Source of the DNA: Oscillospiraceae bacterium
Lineage (GTDB): Bacteria > Bacillota > Clostridia > Oscillospirales > CAG-382
Reading direction: 5' to 3'
Length of the DNA stretch: 64,000 bases
Assembly (NCBI GenBank): GCA_015064945.1
Contig: SVRF01000006.1
Location: 4,074 to 68,073 of the forward strand
A model generated the notes under the pieces. The model was not told where the DNA came from. It searched no databases and saw only the letters and a list, made by a program, of their open reading frames with translations. Below are positions 9,655-20,179 of this stretch, one piece after another. The position numbers and the translations under genes are program-made. Each line of letters opens with the position of its first letter. The first letter of the stretch is position 1.

Positions 9655-11142
9655 TTAAATGTAAAAGCTGAAAACGGACCCTTCGCCGAGTACGCTTTCT
9701 GCGCTGACAGTTCCGCCGTGGGTTTCTATTATGGATTTAACCATAGGAAGCCCCAGTCCTATACTGCCGCTGTCACTGCTTCTTGCGCTGTCTGCTCGGA
9801 AAAAGCGGTTCCATATACATTTTAAATCTTCCGGTGATATACCAATACCGTCATCAATTACCTTGCATAGTATATGTCCGTCGCCCTTGTCCTCAACGCT
9901 TACGCTGACCGTACCGCCCTCTTTTCCGTACTTTACGGCGTTGCTTATAAGGTTAATAAGCACACGCATTATCTGAGTCTGGTCGGCACGCACGAATACA
10001 GCCTCTTTGGTTTCCAATGACAGGCTTATATTCTTTTCTTTGGCATAAGCATCGTTTTCCGCAAGTACCATTTCGGCAAGCTCGCAAATATCAAAGCTTT
10101 CCTTTTCCAACGCCTCAACCTTGTTATCGGCACGGGCAAGATTAAGCAGTTCCGATAACAGCTTGTTCATCTTTTTGCTTTGGCGGTTAATGCTGTTTAA
10201 TGCTTCAGTGCGGTCCTCTTTTGTGGCTTTCGGGTCAAGGGCAAATTCGCTTTGAGCCATTATAACCGCTACGGGTGTCCTCAGTTCATGGGAAGCGTCC
10301 GCTGTAAACTGCTTTTCCTTCTCAAAATTGCGTTCTATGGTGTCAAGCATACCGTCAAAGGTAGAAGCAAGGGTGCTAAGCTCGTCCTTCCCTTCGCCCA
10401 TATTAAGTCTTTGAGACAGGTCATTGCTTGCGGCGATGGTAGCCGCCGCCTCGGTAATCTTAGCAACAGGCTTAAAGGTGTGCTTGCTTACAAAATAGCT
10501 CAAAACGGCTGCAAGCAGGATAACAAAAGGAATTTGTATCAGGGTCAGCCTGGTAGTGTTATATGCGGCGGTGCGTGTATCGGATGTATCAATAGCACCG
10601 CAGACCCAAATTCCCTTTTTGCTTATAATAGGGTCTTCTATAAAACGCACAAAAACATAGTATCCGTTTAGTTCAAAAATCTTGTCTGTTTTCCAAGCGG
10701 TATCAAATTTTAACTCGGCAGGTAAAGCACCTTTTGTAAAACATATGTTCTCTGTATTCACCTCGTTTGACAGATCTGCCCATACAAACAGATCTACCCC
10801 GCGGTTTTCGTATTTTGCATCGGCGGGTACGGTAAGCGTAAACTTGCGCGGCGCTTTGTCTTTATCTCCTCCGCCATATCCGTTAAAGGCGCCCTGCCCC
10901 TCAGGAGGAAGTTCACCTTCAGGCGGCCTTTGTCCCTCGGGCGGCAGCTTTTCTTCTTTGGCGGATACAAATTTAAAACCGCCGTAAAGACTGTTGACCT
11001 CTTCTCTTAAGGTGTCTTTTAGCTGATGTACGGAAGAGGTACGTGCAAAGTTTACGGTGATCATCATCATCGCCACCGCAAATGCAGAAAGGATAAGGGT
11101 AATATACAGGGTTATCTTAAGTTTTATGCTCAAACGCTTCAT
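9655..11142 (-). CDS. Sensor histidine kinase (two TM segments, HAMP, HisKA, HATPase)
   Basis: H-box ADASHELRTP and C-terminal G-boxes; 4-nt overlap with the response regulator gene. Confidence 0.9.
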   Translation of the reverse strand: MKRLSIKLKITLYITLILSAFAVAMMMITVNFARTSSVHQLKDTLREEVNSLYGGFKFVSAKEEKLPPEGQRPPEGELPPEGQGAFNGYGGGDKDKAPRKFTLTVPADAKYENRGVDLFVWADLSNEVNTENICFTKGALPAELKFDTAWKTDKIFELNGYYVFVRFIEDPIISKKGIWVCGAIDTSDTRTAAYNTTRLTLIQIPFVILLAAVLSYFVSKHTFKPVAKITEAAATIAASNDLSQRLNMGEGKDELSTLASTFDGMLDTIERNFEKEKQFTADASHELRTPVAVIMAQSEFALDPKATKEDRTEALNSINRQSKKMNKLLSELLNLARADNKVEALEKESFDICELAEMVLAENDAYAKEKNISLSLETKEAVFVRADQTQIMRVLINLISNAVKYGKEGGTVSVSVEDKGDGHILCKVIDDGIGISPEDLKCIWNRFFRADSARSSDSGSIGLGLPMVKSIIETHGGTVSAESVLGEGSVFSFYI

Positions 11143-11816
11143 TGCTTGCTGTCCTTTATAATATATCCAACGCCCCTAATGGTGTGTATAAGCTTATTGG
11201 GATTATCGCCGTCTATCTTTTTTCTTAAATAGCTTATATAAACATCAATAACATTACTGCCGCCTTCGTAGTCAAAGTTCCAAATATGTTCCTCTATTTT
11301 TTCTCTGGAAAGCACGTTGCCTTTGTTTTTAACCAAATATTCCAATATTGCAAACTCTTTGGAGGACAAGCTAATGTCTTTGCCGTTACGGGTAACGCTG
11401 TGGGTATTAAGGTTTATTTCCAGGTCGCCCGCTGTAATGATATTTGTGGCAACGCCGCCTGTTCTTCTTGTGATGGCACGCAGCCTTGCAACCAGCTCGT
11501 CCAAGGAAAAGGGCTTTATCAAATAGTCGTCAGCACCTGAGTTAAGACCTGCCACACGGTCGCTGACAGCATCTTTTGCCGTTAGTAACAAAACAGGAGT
11601 GTTTATCTTGCGCTTTCTCATCCATGCAAGAACCTCAAGTCCCGAAGCTTTGGGCATCATAATATCTAAAACCACCGCATCGTACTCTGTAACAGAAAGA
11701 AAATCCTTCACTTCTTCGCCGTCATAACAACTGTCAACGGAGAAACTTTCCACAGATAACCTGCGTGTAACAACGGCATTCAAATCCCTTTCGTCGTCCG
11801 CAACAAGTATACGCAT
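11139..11816 (-). CDS. OmpR-family response regulator
   Basis: Receiver domain (DD...D...K) plus a winged-helix C-terminus (RGVGY). Confidence 0.9.
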   Translation of the reverse strand: MRILVADDERDLNAVVTRRLSVESFSVDSCYDGEEVKDFLSVTEYDAVVLDIMMPKASGLEVLAWMRKRKINTPVLLLTAKDAVSDRVAGLNSGADDYLIKPFSLDELVARLRAITRRTGGVATNIITAGDLEINLNTHSVTRNGKDISLSSKEFAILEYLVKNKGNVLSREKIEEHIWNFDYEGGSNVIDVYISYLRKKIDGDNPNKLIHTIRGVGYIIKDSKQ

Positions 11817-11873
11817 AAGTCTTTCCCTCCTTGATTTTAATAGAATATATCAGCCCATCATTAAGATAAAATG

Positions 11874-11910
11874 AAAACCCCTGTGTTTTTATAAAAACGA
11901 CAGGGGTTTT
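11874..11910. terminator. Bidirectional-looking hairpin between truB and the response regulator gene
   Basis: AAAACCCCTGT...ACAGGGGTTTT with flanking A/T tracts. Confidence 0.6.
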
Positions 11911-11913
11911 AAT

Positions 11914-12822
11914 TCAGTTAAAAAACATTTTCTTTGCCCTTACCGCAAGCCCCTTGTCATACATAGCAGTCTCGGCAAAGGCAATAAAGCCGTCCCTGTC
12001 GTAAACACGCAAAAGCAACCCTTCGGTGCCAAGCTCTATCTCCTGCTTCTTAATCTTTTTGCAGTAGATTTCACAGCCGTTTTTAAACAGCTTAGAGTAA
12101 AACTCAGGCAGCATTATTTTGGGATACTGAGCAAAAACGGTTTCTACGGGAATAAGCAATGCGGCAAGCTCCTCTTCGCTCAACCCTTCCAACTCTTCGG
12201 CGGTATAAGCGTTTTCTATGCTGTAGTCGCCCACACGGCGTCTTTCAAGGGAACACATACAAGCGCCGCAGCCAAGCTTATCGCCTATATCCTCGCACAG
12301 GGTGCGTATATATGTGCCTTTAGAGCAATTCACGTCTATGTAAAATACGCCGTCATTTTCAAAGGGGACAACGGAATATATATTTATTTTTCTTGCCTTT
12401 CTTTCTACCTCTATGCCTTTGCGTGCCAAGTCAACCAGCTTGACGCCGCCAACCTTTAGGGCGGAGTACATGGGGGGCACCTGCATACGCTCGCCCACAA
12501 AGCTCTCAGCCGCTTGGCTGAAGGTGTCAAAGTCGGGAAGTTCTCCCTCGTATTCCTTAAGAACCGTGCCGGTAGTGTCGCCGCTGTCGGTACAAAGTCC
12601 AAGCTTTACCCCTGCTACATAGCTCTTATCGTGGTCCTGCATATATTCGCAAGCTTTAACGGCACGGCCTATAAGCACGGGTAAAACACCTGTCGCCATA
12701 GGGTCAAGAGTGCCCGCGTGACCTACTGTTTTTATGCCGTATATACGCCTGACAATATTAACGATTCTGTGACTGCTAACCCCTGCAGGCTTGTTTACAA
12801 TAAGAATACCGCTTACGTCCAT
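11914..12822 (-). CDS. truB: tRNA pseudouridine(55) synthase
   Basis: GHAGTLDPMATGVLP motif and operon position. Confidence 0.95.
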   Translation of the reverse strand: MDVSGILIVNKPAGVSSHRIVNIVRRIYGIKTVGHAGTLDPMATGVLPVLIGRAVKACEYMQDHDKSYVAGVKLGLCTDSGDTTGTVLKEYEGELPDFDTFSQAAESFVGERMQVPPMYSALKVGGVKLVDLARKGIEVERKARKINIYSVVPFENDGVFYIDVNCSKGTYIRTLCEDIGDKLGCGACMCSLERRRVGDYSIENAYTAEELEGLSEEELAALLIPVETVFAQYPKIMLPEFYSKLFKNGCEIYCKKIKKQEIELGTEGLLLRVYDRDGFIAFAETAMYDKGLAVRAKKMFFN

Positions 12823-12825
12823 AAA

Positions 12826-13782
12826 TTATAATCTACCGTCCAAATTTGTAATTAAAGCATTTGCGGCATCTGCAACGTTACCGTTGTACTTGTATCCCGC
12901 CGCGTGGGTGTGACCGCCGCCGCCGTAGTTCTTTGCAAGCTCTGCTACGTCAAAATACTCGTTAGAGCGTAGGGAAACCTTTGCGCCGTCACCACGGTTG
13001 CGTATAACCGCCGATACTTCAACCCCAAGTATTTGCCTTGGAATTTGGTTGATTACGTCAAAATCGCTGTCTGCCGCACCGATTTCCTCTGCCTGATCTT
13101 TGCTTATGGCAACAACCGCAAGCTTGCCGCCGTAATGCAGCTGAAGAGAAGCGTAAGCCGCCTTTTCCAAGGCTATCTGCGTGGGCGTTTTCTGCTCAAA
13201 CAAGCGTCTGTTTATCTCTGCAAAGTCAATGCCCGTTCTAAGCAGTTCACCTGCGTATTCATAGGTTTCCGGCCTTGTATCGCTGTAACGAAACCCGCCG
13301 CTGTCAGAGCATATAGCCGTATATAGCGCTTCGGCAATATCCCTGTCAAGCTTGGCACCAAGGTAGGGCATAAGCTCGTAAATGATCTCCCCGTTGGCAA
13401 TATAGTCGGGCATAAGCAGTCTGCGCTTGCAGGGCAGGGTACTTATCTTATGGTGGTCTATGGCAAGCTCAAAGCAAACAGAACCGCAGACCTCCTCGAA
13501 ACCGCCAAGCATAGCGGCAGAAGCTACATCCACCGCAATTGCGGTCTCTATATTTTCGGGCAGTTCTTCCGCAAACACGCCGTCCTTTACCAAAGGTAAA
13601 AGCTTCCTCGGCACAGGGTCAGCGCATACGGCAACAGCGTTTTTACCTAAGCCGCGCAGGCAACGCACAAGGGCGGCTGCAGAGCCGACGGTATCCCCAT
13701 CGGGATTACCGTGGGTAAAAACGACGAAGCCGTCACGCTCCAAAAGGAACGCGGCAGCCTCTTTATAACTAACGTTATTCAT
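12826..13782 (-). CDS. nrnA: DHH/DHHA1 phosphoesterase (NrnA-type oligoribonuclease/pAp phosphatase)
   Basis: THGNPDGDTVGS and GGGH motifs. Start ATG 13782 overlaps the rbfA stop (ATGAATAA). Confidence 0.8.
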   Translation of the reverse strand: MNNVSYKEAAAFLLERDGFVVFTHGNPDGDTVGSAAALVRCLRGLGKNAVAVCADPVPRKLLPLVKDGVFAEELPENIETAIAVDVASAAMLGGFEEVCGSVCFELAIDHHKISTLPCKRRLLMPDYIANGEIIYELMPYLGAKLDRDIAEALYTAICSDSGGFRYSDTRPETYEYAGELLRTGIDFAEINRRLFEQKTPTQIALEKAAYASLQLHYGGKLAVVAISKDQAEEIGAADSDFDVINQIPRQILGVEVSAVIRNRGDGAKVSLRSNEYFDVAELAKNYGGGGHTHAAGYKYNGNVADAANALITNLDGRL

Positions 13783-14137
13783 CGTCGTCCTCCAAAGGAG
13801 TGGTATACTCAATATCTTTAAGGATGCCCGAGATGCGCATAGCTCTCTCTGCGGTATCATCCTTAATAAAGTTAAGCTTGGGTGTTGTTCTGAGGTTAAG
13901 TCTGGAAGCCAGTTCGCCCCTTATATATCCGCTTGCGGAAACAAGTCCCTTCGCCAGCTTGGGGTCGCTTTGCCCCAAAACGCTGTAGTAGATCTTGGCA
14001 AAGGAAAGGTCCGCAGAAACGTCAACACCCGTAATGCTTATAAAAGCGCCTGAAACACGGGGGTCCTTAACATTACGCAGTATGTCTGTAAGCTCTCTTG
14101 CAACGCTTTCGTTAATTCTGTCGATCCTGTGTGCCAT
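13775..14137 (-). CDS. rbfA: Ribosome-binding factor A
   Basis: RINE.V..EL..IL..VKDPR signature; its start overlaps the infB stop (TAATG). Confidence 0.9.
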   Translation of the reverse strand: MAHRIDRINESVARELTDILRNVKDPRVSGAFISITGVDVSADLSFAKIYYSVLGQSDPKLAKGLVSASGYIRGELASRLNLRTTPKLNFIKDDTAERAMRISGILKDIEYTTPLEDDDE

Positions 14138-16446
14138 TAAGCCTTAACTTCCTCCATAATAAACGCTTCAAGTACGTCGCCAACCTTAATGTCGTTAAAC
14201 TTTTCAAGGCCTACGCCGCATTCAAAGTTCTGTGCAACCTCTTTAACGTCATCCTTAAAGCGGCGCAGAGAGGAGATCTTATCCTCAAATATAACAACGC
14301 TGTCTCTTACAACACGGATAAATGCATTTCTTGTAATCTTACCGTCCTGGACGTAAGAACCTGCAATAGTACCGACATTGGGTACGTGGATGGTCTGTCT
14401 AACCTCGGCACGGCCAAGTATAACTTCCTTAAACTTGGGCGCAAGCATACCCTTCATAGCCGCTTCAACTTCCTCAATGCACTCGTAAATAATACGGTAT
14501 GTGCGGATGTCAACGTTCTTTTCGTCAGCAGAGGAAAGGGCAGACTTATCAGGTCTGATGTTAAATCCGATGATAATGGCATTGGATGCATCTGCAAGCA
14601 TAACGTCATTATCGCTTATACCGCCAACACCTGTGTGTATAACCTTAACCTTAACCTCTTCATTGGAAAGCTTTTCAAGGCTTGCCTTAACCGCTTCCGC
14701 AGAGCCCTGTACGTCAGCCTTAACTATGATGTTAAGCTCCTTAACACCGTCGTTGATCTGGCTGAACAAATCGTCCAGATTAACCTTTGCGGCACGGCTG
14801 AACTCGGCGTCCTTCTTTTCCTGCTTACGCTTTTCAACAAGCTCTCTTGCCATTTTTTCGTCCTTAACGGCATAGAAAACATCGCCTGCGTCGGGTACTT
14901 CGGAAAGACCTGTTATTTCAACGGGGCAGGAAGGACCTGCTTCCGTAATGCGCTGACCCTTGTCGTTAAGCATAACTCTTACTCTGCCCACGGAGGTGCC
15001 CGCAATAACGACGTCACCGTGTTTAAGAGTACCGTTTTGAACAAGCAGTGAAGCAACGGTGCCTCTGCCCTTGTCCAAACGTGCTTCTATAACAACGCCT
15101 TTAGCTGCTCTGTTGGGATTAGCCTTAAGGTCCATAACCTCAGCGTTAAGCAAAATCATTTCCAAAAGGTCTTCGATACCTGTGCGCTTAACAGCGGAAA
15201 CAGGTACACATATAACGTCGCCGCCCCATTCTTCGGGCACAAGCTCATACTGAACAAGCGCGTTCTTAACATTGTCGGGGTTGGCGGTGGGCTTATCCAT
15301 TTTATTTATTGCAACAACGATGGAAACACCTGCCGCTTTGGCGTGGTTGATAGCCTCAACGGTCTGAGGCATAATGCCGTCATCAGCCGCAACAACAAGT
15401 ACGGCGATGTCGGTTATATTTGCACCTCTTGCACGCATTGCGGTAAATGCGGCGTGGCCGGGGGTATCAAGGAAGGTAATGTCTTCACCGTTTATGGAAA
15501 CGCTGTACGCACCGATGTGCTGGGTAATACCGCCGGCCTCACCGGAGGTAACGTTGGTGTTACGTATAGCGTCCAAAAGGGAGGTCTTACCGTGGTCAAC
15601 GTGACCCATAACAACAACAACCGGCGGTCTGTGAACAAGCTGTTCTTCGGTGTCAACACTTTCGTCAAATAGCTTTTCTTCTATGGTAACAACAACTTCC
15701 TTTGTTACTTCAATGCCCATATCGTCACAAAGGAGGAACGCTGTATCAAAGTCAACTGTTTCGTTAACTGTAGCCATAACGCCCATCTTCATAAGACGCT
15801 TGATTACTTCCGCAACGGCGGTCTTCATTCTGGAAGCAAGCTCTGATACGGTGATCTCATCGGGCACTTCTATGCAAAGCTTAACGGGCTTGGGCTTAAA
15901 GGGGGTCTTCTTAGGCTCATTCTTGTTAAAGCCGTTCTTGCCGTCCTGCTTGCCAAAGTTGTTCTTCTTCTTTATGCGTTGTACGTTTTTACTTTCTTTA
16001 TCAGAGCGTGTGTCGTACTTCTCAAGCTTTTCATCGTACTTGGAAAGGTCAACAGCAACGCCGCCTCTTGTATCAACGTGGCGTACCTGAGTCTTATCCT
16101 TCTTCTTGACGGGGGCGGCACCCTTCTTCTGTTGCTCCTTGGGCTTAACGGGTATGCCCGCCTTAGCGGCCTCTTCAGCAGCTTTAGCTTCTTCTGCAGC
16201 CTTCTTGGCTTCGGCTTCTGCCTTTGCGGCAGCCTTTTTGTCATCATAGTACTTGAAGAAAGCGGCAATATCCACCTGGTTCTTCTGTGTAATATACTCA
16301 AATATAAGGCTAAGCTCATCGCCTTCCAGGGTAGACATAGAAGTCTTTGCCATACCGTGGTCGCTGAGCAGTTGAACCAAATCCTTGTTTTTTACGTTTA
16401 ATTCCTTCGCCAAGGTGTTTATCTTGTATTTTTCCATTGTTGCCAT
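14137..16446 (-). CDS. infB: Translation initiation factor IF-2
   Basis: [13 protein letters not shown]-domain and a low-complexity Lys/Ala/Glu N-terminal region. Confidence 0.97.
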   Translation of the reverse strand: MATMEKYKINTLAKELNVKNKDLVQLLSDHGMAKTSMSTLEGDELSLIFEYITQKNQVDIAAFFKYYDDKKAAAKAEAEAKKAAEEAKAAEEAAKAGIPVKPKEQQKKGAAPVKKKDKTQVRHVDTRGGVAVDLSKYDEKLEKYDTRSDKESKNVQRIKKKNNFGKQDGKNGFNKNEPKKTPFKPKPVKLCIEVPDEITVSELASRMKTAVAEVIKRLMKMGVMATVNETVDFDTAFLLCDDMGIEVTKEVVVTIEEKLFDESVDTEEQLVHRPPVVVVMGHVDHGKTSLLDAIRNTNVTSGEAGGITQHIGAYSVSINGEDITFLDTPGHAAFTAMRARGANITDIAVLVVAADDGIMPQTVEAINHAKAAGVSIVVAINKMDKPTANPDNVKNALVQYELVPEEWGGDVICVPVSAVKRTGIEDLLEMILLNAEVMDLKANPNRAAKGVVIEARLDKGRGTVASLLVQNGTLKHGDVVIAGTSVGRVRVMLNDKGQRITEAGPSCPVEITGLSEVPDAGDVFYAVKDEKMARELVEKRKQEKKDAEFSRAAKVNLDDLFSQINDGVKELNIIVKADVQGSAEAVKASLEKLSNEEVKVKVIHTGVGGISDNDVMLADASNAIIIGFNIRPDKSALSSADEKNVDIRTYRIIYECIEEVEAAMKGMLAPKFKEVILGRAEVRQTIHVPNVGTIAGSYVQDGKITRNAFIRVVRDSVVIFEDKISSLRRFKDDVKEVAQNFECGVGLEKFNDIKVGDVLEAFIMEEVKA

Positions 16447-16449
16447 ATA

Positions 16450-16728
16450 TTATCGCACCTCCATATTAGACGAAAGCTCTTCCAGCTTCGTGTATATCTC
16501 CGCAGGTATCTGTGTGTGTAAAACCTTGTCCAAGCGTCTGCTTTTTATAACTCGTTTTAAGCAGTCAGCTTTGCCGCAAAGGTAAGCACCACGCCCGTCT
16601 GCTTTGCCTGTAGGGTCAAGCCTTATTCCTTCGCTGTCCTTAACTATCCGTATAAGTGACTGCTTCGGCAACATCTCCTGACAGCCCATACACTTCCGTA
16701 AGGGAATATGCTTTTGTTTTTCTGCCAT
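16450..16728 (-). CDS. ylxR: YlxR/RnpM-family protein (DUF448)
   Basis: PLRKCMGC...R.D..GK..GRGAY motif; lies between nusA and infB. Confidence 0.85.
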   Translation of the reverse strand: MAEKQKHIPLRKCMGCQEMLPKQSLIRIVKDSEGIRLDPTGKADGRGAYLCGKADCLKRVIKSRRLDKVLHTQIPAEIYTKLEELSSNMEVR

Positions 16729-16786
16729 TGCCGTAACACCGTCCTTACCGATATGAAAAATAACTGCGGTGGGTAATCAGCAAGCT

Positions 16787-17860
16787 TTAAGCTTCCTCTG
16801 CTTCATCCGCAAGCTCTGCTTCTGTTGCACGGTTGCTCTTAATATCTATCTTGCAGCCGGTAAGCTTTGCGGCAAGTCTTGCGTTCTGCCCTTTTCTGCC
16901 TATGGCAAGGGAAAGCTGATCGTCACTTACCAAAACTCTGTAGGAGTTATCACCGTCTGCGGTCTTAACAACGGAAAGCACCGTTGCGGGGGCAAGTGCG
17001 GCAGAGATGAACTCTGCAGGGTCTTCGCTGTACTTGATAATGTCTATCTTCTCGCCTACAAGCTCAGCAGAAATAGCGTTCTTACGTGCGCCCTTGGGGC
17101 CTATGCAGGAACCAATGGGGTCAACCTCGGGGTTGGTGGAGCTAACGGCTATCTTGGTTCTGCTGCCTGCTTCTCTTGCAACGGCGTTAATAACAACGGT
17201 GCCGTCCTTAACCTCGGGTACTTCCAACTCAAATAAGCGGGTAACAAGGCCGGGATGTACTCTTGAAAGCACAATGGAAGGACCTCTGGACTCTCTGCGT
17301 ATCTCGGTAATAAACACCTTTATGCGATCGCCAACCTGCAAGTTTTCGTCGGCGATCTGCTCGTGCTTATATAAAGCCATTTCGTTTTTGCCGATTTCCA
17401 GGGTAGCGTTGCCTGTGGTGGGGTCAACTCTGGTAACGATTGCGGATACGATCTCTTCCTTCTTTTCGTCGTATTCCTTAATCATCATGCCTCTTTCCGC
17501 TTCACGTATGCCCTGTATAATAACCTGTTTACCGGTTTGTGCGGAAATTCTGCCAAAGTTCTTGGGCTTAAGCTCTATCTCATAAACGTCACCCACCTTG
17601 TATCTCTTGGACTTCATCATTGCGTCTTCCAAGGATATCTGGGTGTTCTCGTCTTCCACTGTTTCAACAACGTCAAGTCTGCGGTAAAGTCTTACCTCTT
17701 TCTTTACGGGGTCAAGCTTAACACGTACGTTTTCCTGTCCGCCGCTGTCTCTTCTGTAAGCGGAAAGCAAAGCCGCCTCAACCTTTTCCATCATATAAGC
17801 GGCAGATATGCCCTTTTCTTTTTCAAGTAAATCCAAAGCTTCAAAAAATTCTTTGTTCAT
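16787..17860 (-). CDS. nusA: Transcription termination/antitermination factor NusA
   Basis: S1 and KH domains. Start trimmed to ATG 17860 (MNKEFFEALDLLEKEKGI) after GGTGAGGAAG. Confidence 0.95.
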   Translation of the reverse strand: MNKEFFEALDLLEKEKGISAAYMMEKVEAALLSAYRRDSGGQENVRVKLDPVKKEVRLYRRLDVVETVEDENTQISLEDAMMKSKRYKVGDVYEIELKPKNFGRISAQTGKQVIIQGIREAERGMMIKEYDEKKEEIVSAIVTRVDPTTGNATLEIGKNEMALYKHEQIADENLQVGDRIKVFITEIRRESRGPSIVLSRVHPGLVTRLFELEVPEVKDGTVVINAVAREAGSRTKIAVSSTNPEVDPIGSCIGPKGARKNAISAELVGEKIDIIKYSEDPAEFISAALAPATVLSVVKTADGDNSYRVLVSDDQLSLAIGRKGQNARLAAKLTGCKIDIKSNRATEAELADEAEEA

Positions 17861-17910
17861 TGTGTCTTCCTCACCTATATTTTTGCGGCGCTTAAAACTG
17901 CCGTTTAATT

Positions 17911-18375
17911 TTATATTTCGTGGTAAATGCAAAGCCTTGCGACAGACTTTTTGGGCAGGGTCAAAACCTCGCCGCTTTTGTCAAAACTAAAGCCCTCGCT
18001 GTCCCAAGCGGTCATAACCGCCTCAAATTCCTTAACCCCGTCCACCGGCGCAAAAAGCTTAACCGTTACGGGCAGTGCCGTCTTTACTGCGTAGTCGTAA
18101 TGCTCGTCACGTCTAAGGGCGCGCTCTGCCCCTACGCTGGAAACCTCTAAACAGTAGGAGGAGGGGATAGGGTCAGCTTCGTCAAGCATAGGGTCAATAG
18201 CCCTTGTAACTTCAGAGCAGTCGTTAATGGTAATACCTTCCTCTTTGTCAATGGTAACAAGCAAATTAAGGCCTGAGCCTTCCTTAACGAGCTCCACATT
18301 CCAAAGCTGAATGCCCAAGGACTCTATGGTGGACTTAATAAGATTTTCAACATCTTTCGCAATGTTTTTTGCCAT
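17911..18375 (-). CDS. rimP: Ribosome maturation factor RimP
   Basis: Operon position and length. Start trimmed to ATG 18375 (MAKNIAKDVE...). Confidence 0.85.
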   Translation of the reverse strand: MAKNIAKDVENLIKSTIESLGIQLWNVELVKEGSGLNLLVTIDKEEGITINDCSEVTRAIDPMLDEADPIPSSYCLEVSSVGAERALRRDEHYDYAVKTALPVTVKLFAPVDGVKEFEAVMTAWDSEGFSFDKSGEVLTLPKKSVARLCIYHEI

Positions 18376-18402
18376 AAATAACACTCCAAAATAAAAAGCA
18401 CA

Positions 18403-18434
18403 CGAAAAAAGTGAGCATTTTAAAATGCTCACTT
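18403..18434 (-). terminator. Intrinsic terminator/attenuator inside the rimP-nusA-infB leader
   Basis: Minus strand AGTGAGCATTTTAAAATGCTCACT followed by TTTTTTCG, between the promoter (18463-18490) and the rimP start. Confidence 0.55.
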
Positions 18435-18462
18435 TATAAACTATGCTATCATCATTAAGTTT

Positions 18463-18490
18463 ATTATACCACAAAAAACAGTAAAAGCAA
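18463..18490 (-). promoter_or_regulatory. Promoter of the rimP operon
   Basis: Minus strand TTGCTT, 16-nt spacer, TGgTATAAT (extended -10). Confidence 0.6.
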
Positions 18491-18528
18491 TAGAGTTTAA
18501 CAAAAAAATGCCCCAAATTTTAAAAAAA

Positions 18529-19248
18529 TCAATATTCTGCGTTGTATAAACCCTTGCTTTCCGCCAAATCCCAGTCAACAAACAAAACGTCCTTTGCGGT
18601 ATTTCCCTTGCCGCTCATATTGCGCTTGCTTATAACGCGCTCTTCTATAAGCTTGTCAAGGGCGAAGGTAACCTTTTTGCGCTCCAACCGTCTGTCATTA
18701 GCCACTGCATCAACCACCTTGCTGTAAGTAGGCAGTTTTTTTGAAAATCTGTTTTGTTCTTCTTTTAAGTATTCGAAAATCTTTCGGTAATACAGCCCGT
18801 AAACATCCGCATCGTTGGGCAAAGCTACCGTCCATGTAGAGGTCTCTATAAGCTGTTTGGAAAAACAGCCCTTAATGGCGTAAACGCCAACCTCTTTACC
18901 GTAAATATTCTTTAAAAACGCCGTAACCGAGCTGAAATGTCCGTCGCCCGAAAACAGCACAAATGCTTCAATATCGTCTGCAAGCAGTGCCTTTTGATAA
19001 ATATTATCAAGCAAAATAAAGTCGGTAAAATCTTTTTTTGTTCCGTTTGGAGAGCGTGTGTCGATAATTTTGTTGGTGTACGGCCTTATGCGCCCAATCT
19101 CATCCGCCAAATTCTTGTGTGAAAAGTCTGCAAAAAACATAACCTCTTTCACGTTAACCCTGGTTTGCAAATCCTCAAACCAAGCCTTTATGTTGGGACG
19201 TATGCCGTAGTTGTTGTTTAACGATATGTACCAATGCTCATAGTCCAC
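18529..19248 (-). CDS. NYN/LabA-like domain protein (start uncertain, see findings)
   Basis: FVDYEHW...FVLFSGDGHF pattern typical of NYN (DUF88) domains. Confidence 0.6.
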   Translation of the reverse strand: MDYEHWYISLNNNYGIRPNIKAWFEDLQTRVNVKEVMFFADFSHKNLADEIGRIRPYTNKIIDTRSPNGTKKDFTDFILLDNIYQKALLADDIEAFVLFSGDGHFSSVTAFLKNIYGKEVGVYAIKGCFSKQLIETSTWTVALPNDADVYGLYYRKIFEYLKEEQNRFSKKLPTYSKVVDAVANDRRLERKKVTFALDKLIEERVISKRNMSGKGNTAKDVLFVDWDLAESKGLYNAEY

Positions 19249-19398
19249 AAAGACCGCCGCCGAAGGCAGACCCTCTTTTCCCGTTTTGATGGGGGAAGGG
19301 AGTTGCTTCGTTTCTTCGCCGCCTTTGCCAAATAACCGTAATATAACCCTTTACACCTCCTTCCTCAGTTCTATTAATACGAAGCATTCTGCACAAAA

Positions 19399-19428
19399 AT
19401 TATAACACTCCTGTCGGTACTTTGTCAA
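19399..19428 (-). promoter_or_regulatory. Promoter of the NYN-domain gene
   Basis: Minus strand TTGACA, 18-nt spacer, TATAAT with an upstream TG. Confidence 0.6.
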
Positions 19429-19444
19429 GTTATTTTAACGCCGC

Positions 19445-20167
19445 TTAACCCAGCCCCATTTTGCACAGCTCCTCCTTCAGCTTTTCTATAATCCGTTTTT
19501 CAAGCCTTGATATGTAGGATTGTGATATTCCCAGCATATCCGCTACCTCTTTTTGTGTAAGCTCCTTACCGTCGGCGTTGCCGAAGCCAAAACGTTTTTC
19601 TATTATCAGCCGATCTCTTTCGCAAAGCTTGTCTATGGCGGTACGTATTATCTTCTTGTCCTCGCCGTTTTCAATTGCGCTGTAGACAAAGTCGTTTTCC
19701 GTACCCAAAACGTCAGAAAGCAGTAGCTCGTTACCGTCCCAATCGGTGTTAAGCGGCTCGTCCAGCGAAAGCTCTGTCTTACCGCTAAGCTTGCGCATAT
19801 ACATAAGTATTTCGTTTTCAATACAGCGCGATGCATAGGTGGCAAGCTTTATCTGCTTATCTGCTCTGAAGGTGTTGACAGCCTTCATAAGACCTATGGT
19901 GCCGATGGATATTAAATCCTCTATTCCTGCGGAGGCGCTCTCAAACTTCTTTGCTATGTATACCACCAGCCTCAGATTATGCTCTATAAGCTTATTGCGG
20001 GCAGAAGGGTCGTTTTCTGCCATAACGGTAAGTCGGGTTTCTTCTTCCTTGCTCAAGGGCGGTGGTAGTGTCTGGGGTCCGTTTATGTAATATACAAGGT
20101 CTTCGCTATTAAAAAACAGCTTTGCCAAAAGTCTAAGAGCGCTTGACATAATCTTTTTTGTTTTCAC
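19445..20167 (-). CDS. sigE: Sporulation sigma factor SigE (pro-sigma-E)
   Basis: [18 protein letters not shown] pro-sequence junction, [14 protein letters not shown] and [14 protein letters not shown]; lies directly downstream of spoIIGA. Confidence 0.9.
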   Translation of the reverse strand: MKTKKIMSSALRLLAKLFFNSEDLVYYINGPQTLPPPLSKEEETRLTVMAENDPSARNKLIEHNLRLVVYIAKKFESASAGIEDLISIGTIGLMKAVNTFRADKQIKLATYASRCIENEILMYMRKLSGKTELSLDEPLNTDWDGNELLLSDVLGTENDFVYSAIENGEDKKIIRTAIDKLCERDRLIIEKRFGFGNADGKELTQKEVADMLGISQSYISRLEKRIIEKLKEELCKMGLG

Positions 20168-20179
20168 AGATAATTCCTC

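Noticed and set aside
10894-10947. Tandem PPEG(Q/E) peptide repeat (LPPEGQRPPEGELPPEGQ) in the sensor domain of the histidine kinase
   Set aside because: This is a short low-complexity linker in an extracytoplasmic loop. No further signal suggests anything beyond repeat slippage.
12826-13860. N-terminal extensions of track ORFs (nrnA to 13860, nusA to 17932, rimP to 18516, rpsO to 26128, lipoprotein to 23388, PRT to 40653, small membrane protein to 47335, obg from 1583, among others)
   Set aside because: In each case an internal ATG with a good RBS gives the conserved family N-terminus. The extension overlaps the upstream gene, a promoter or a terminator.
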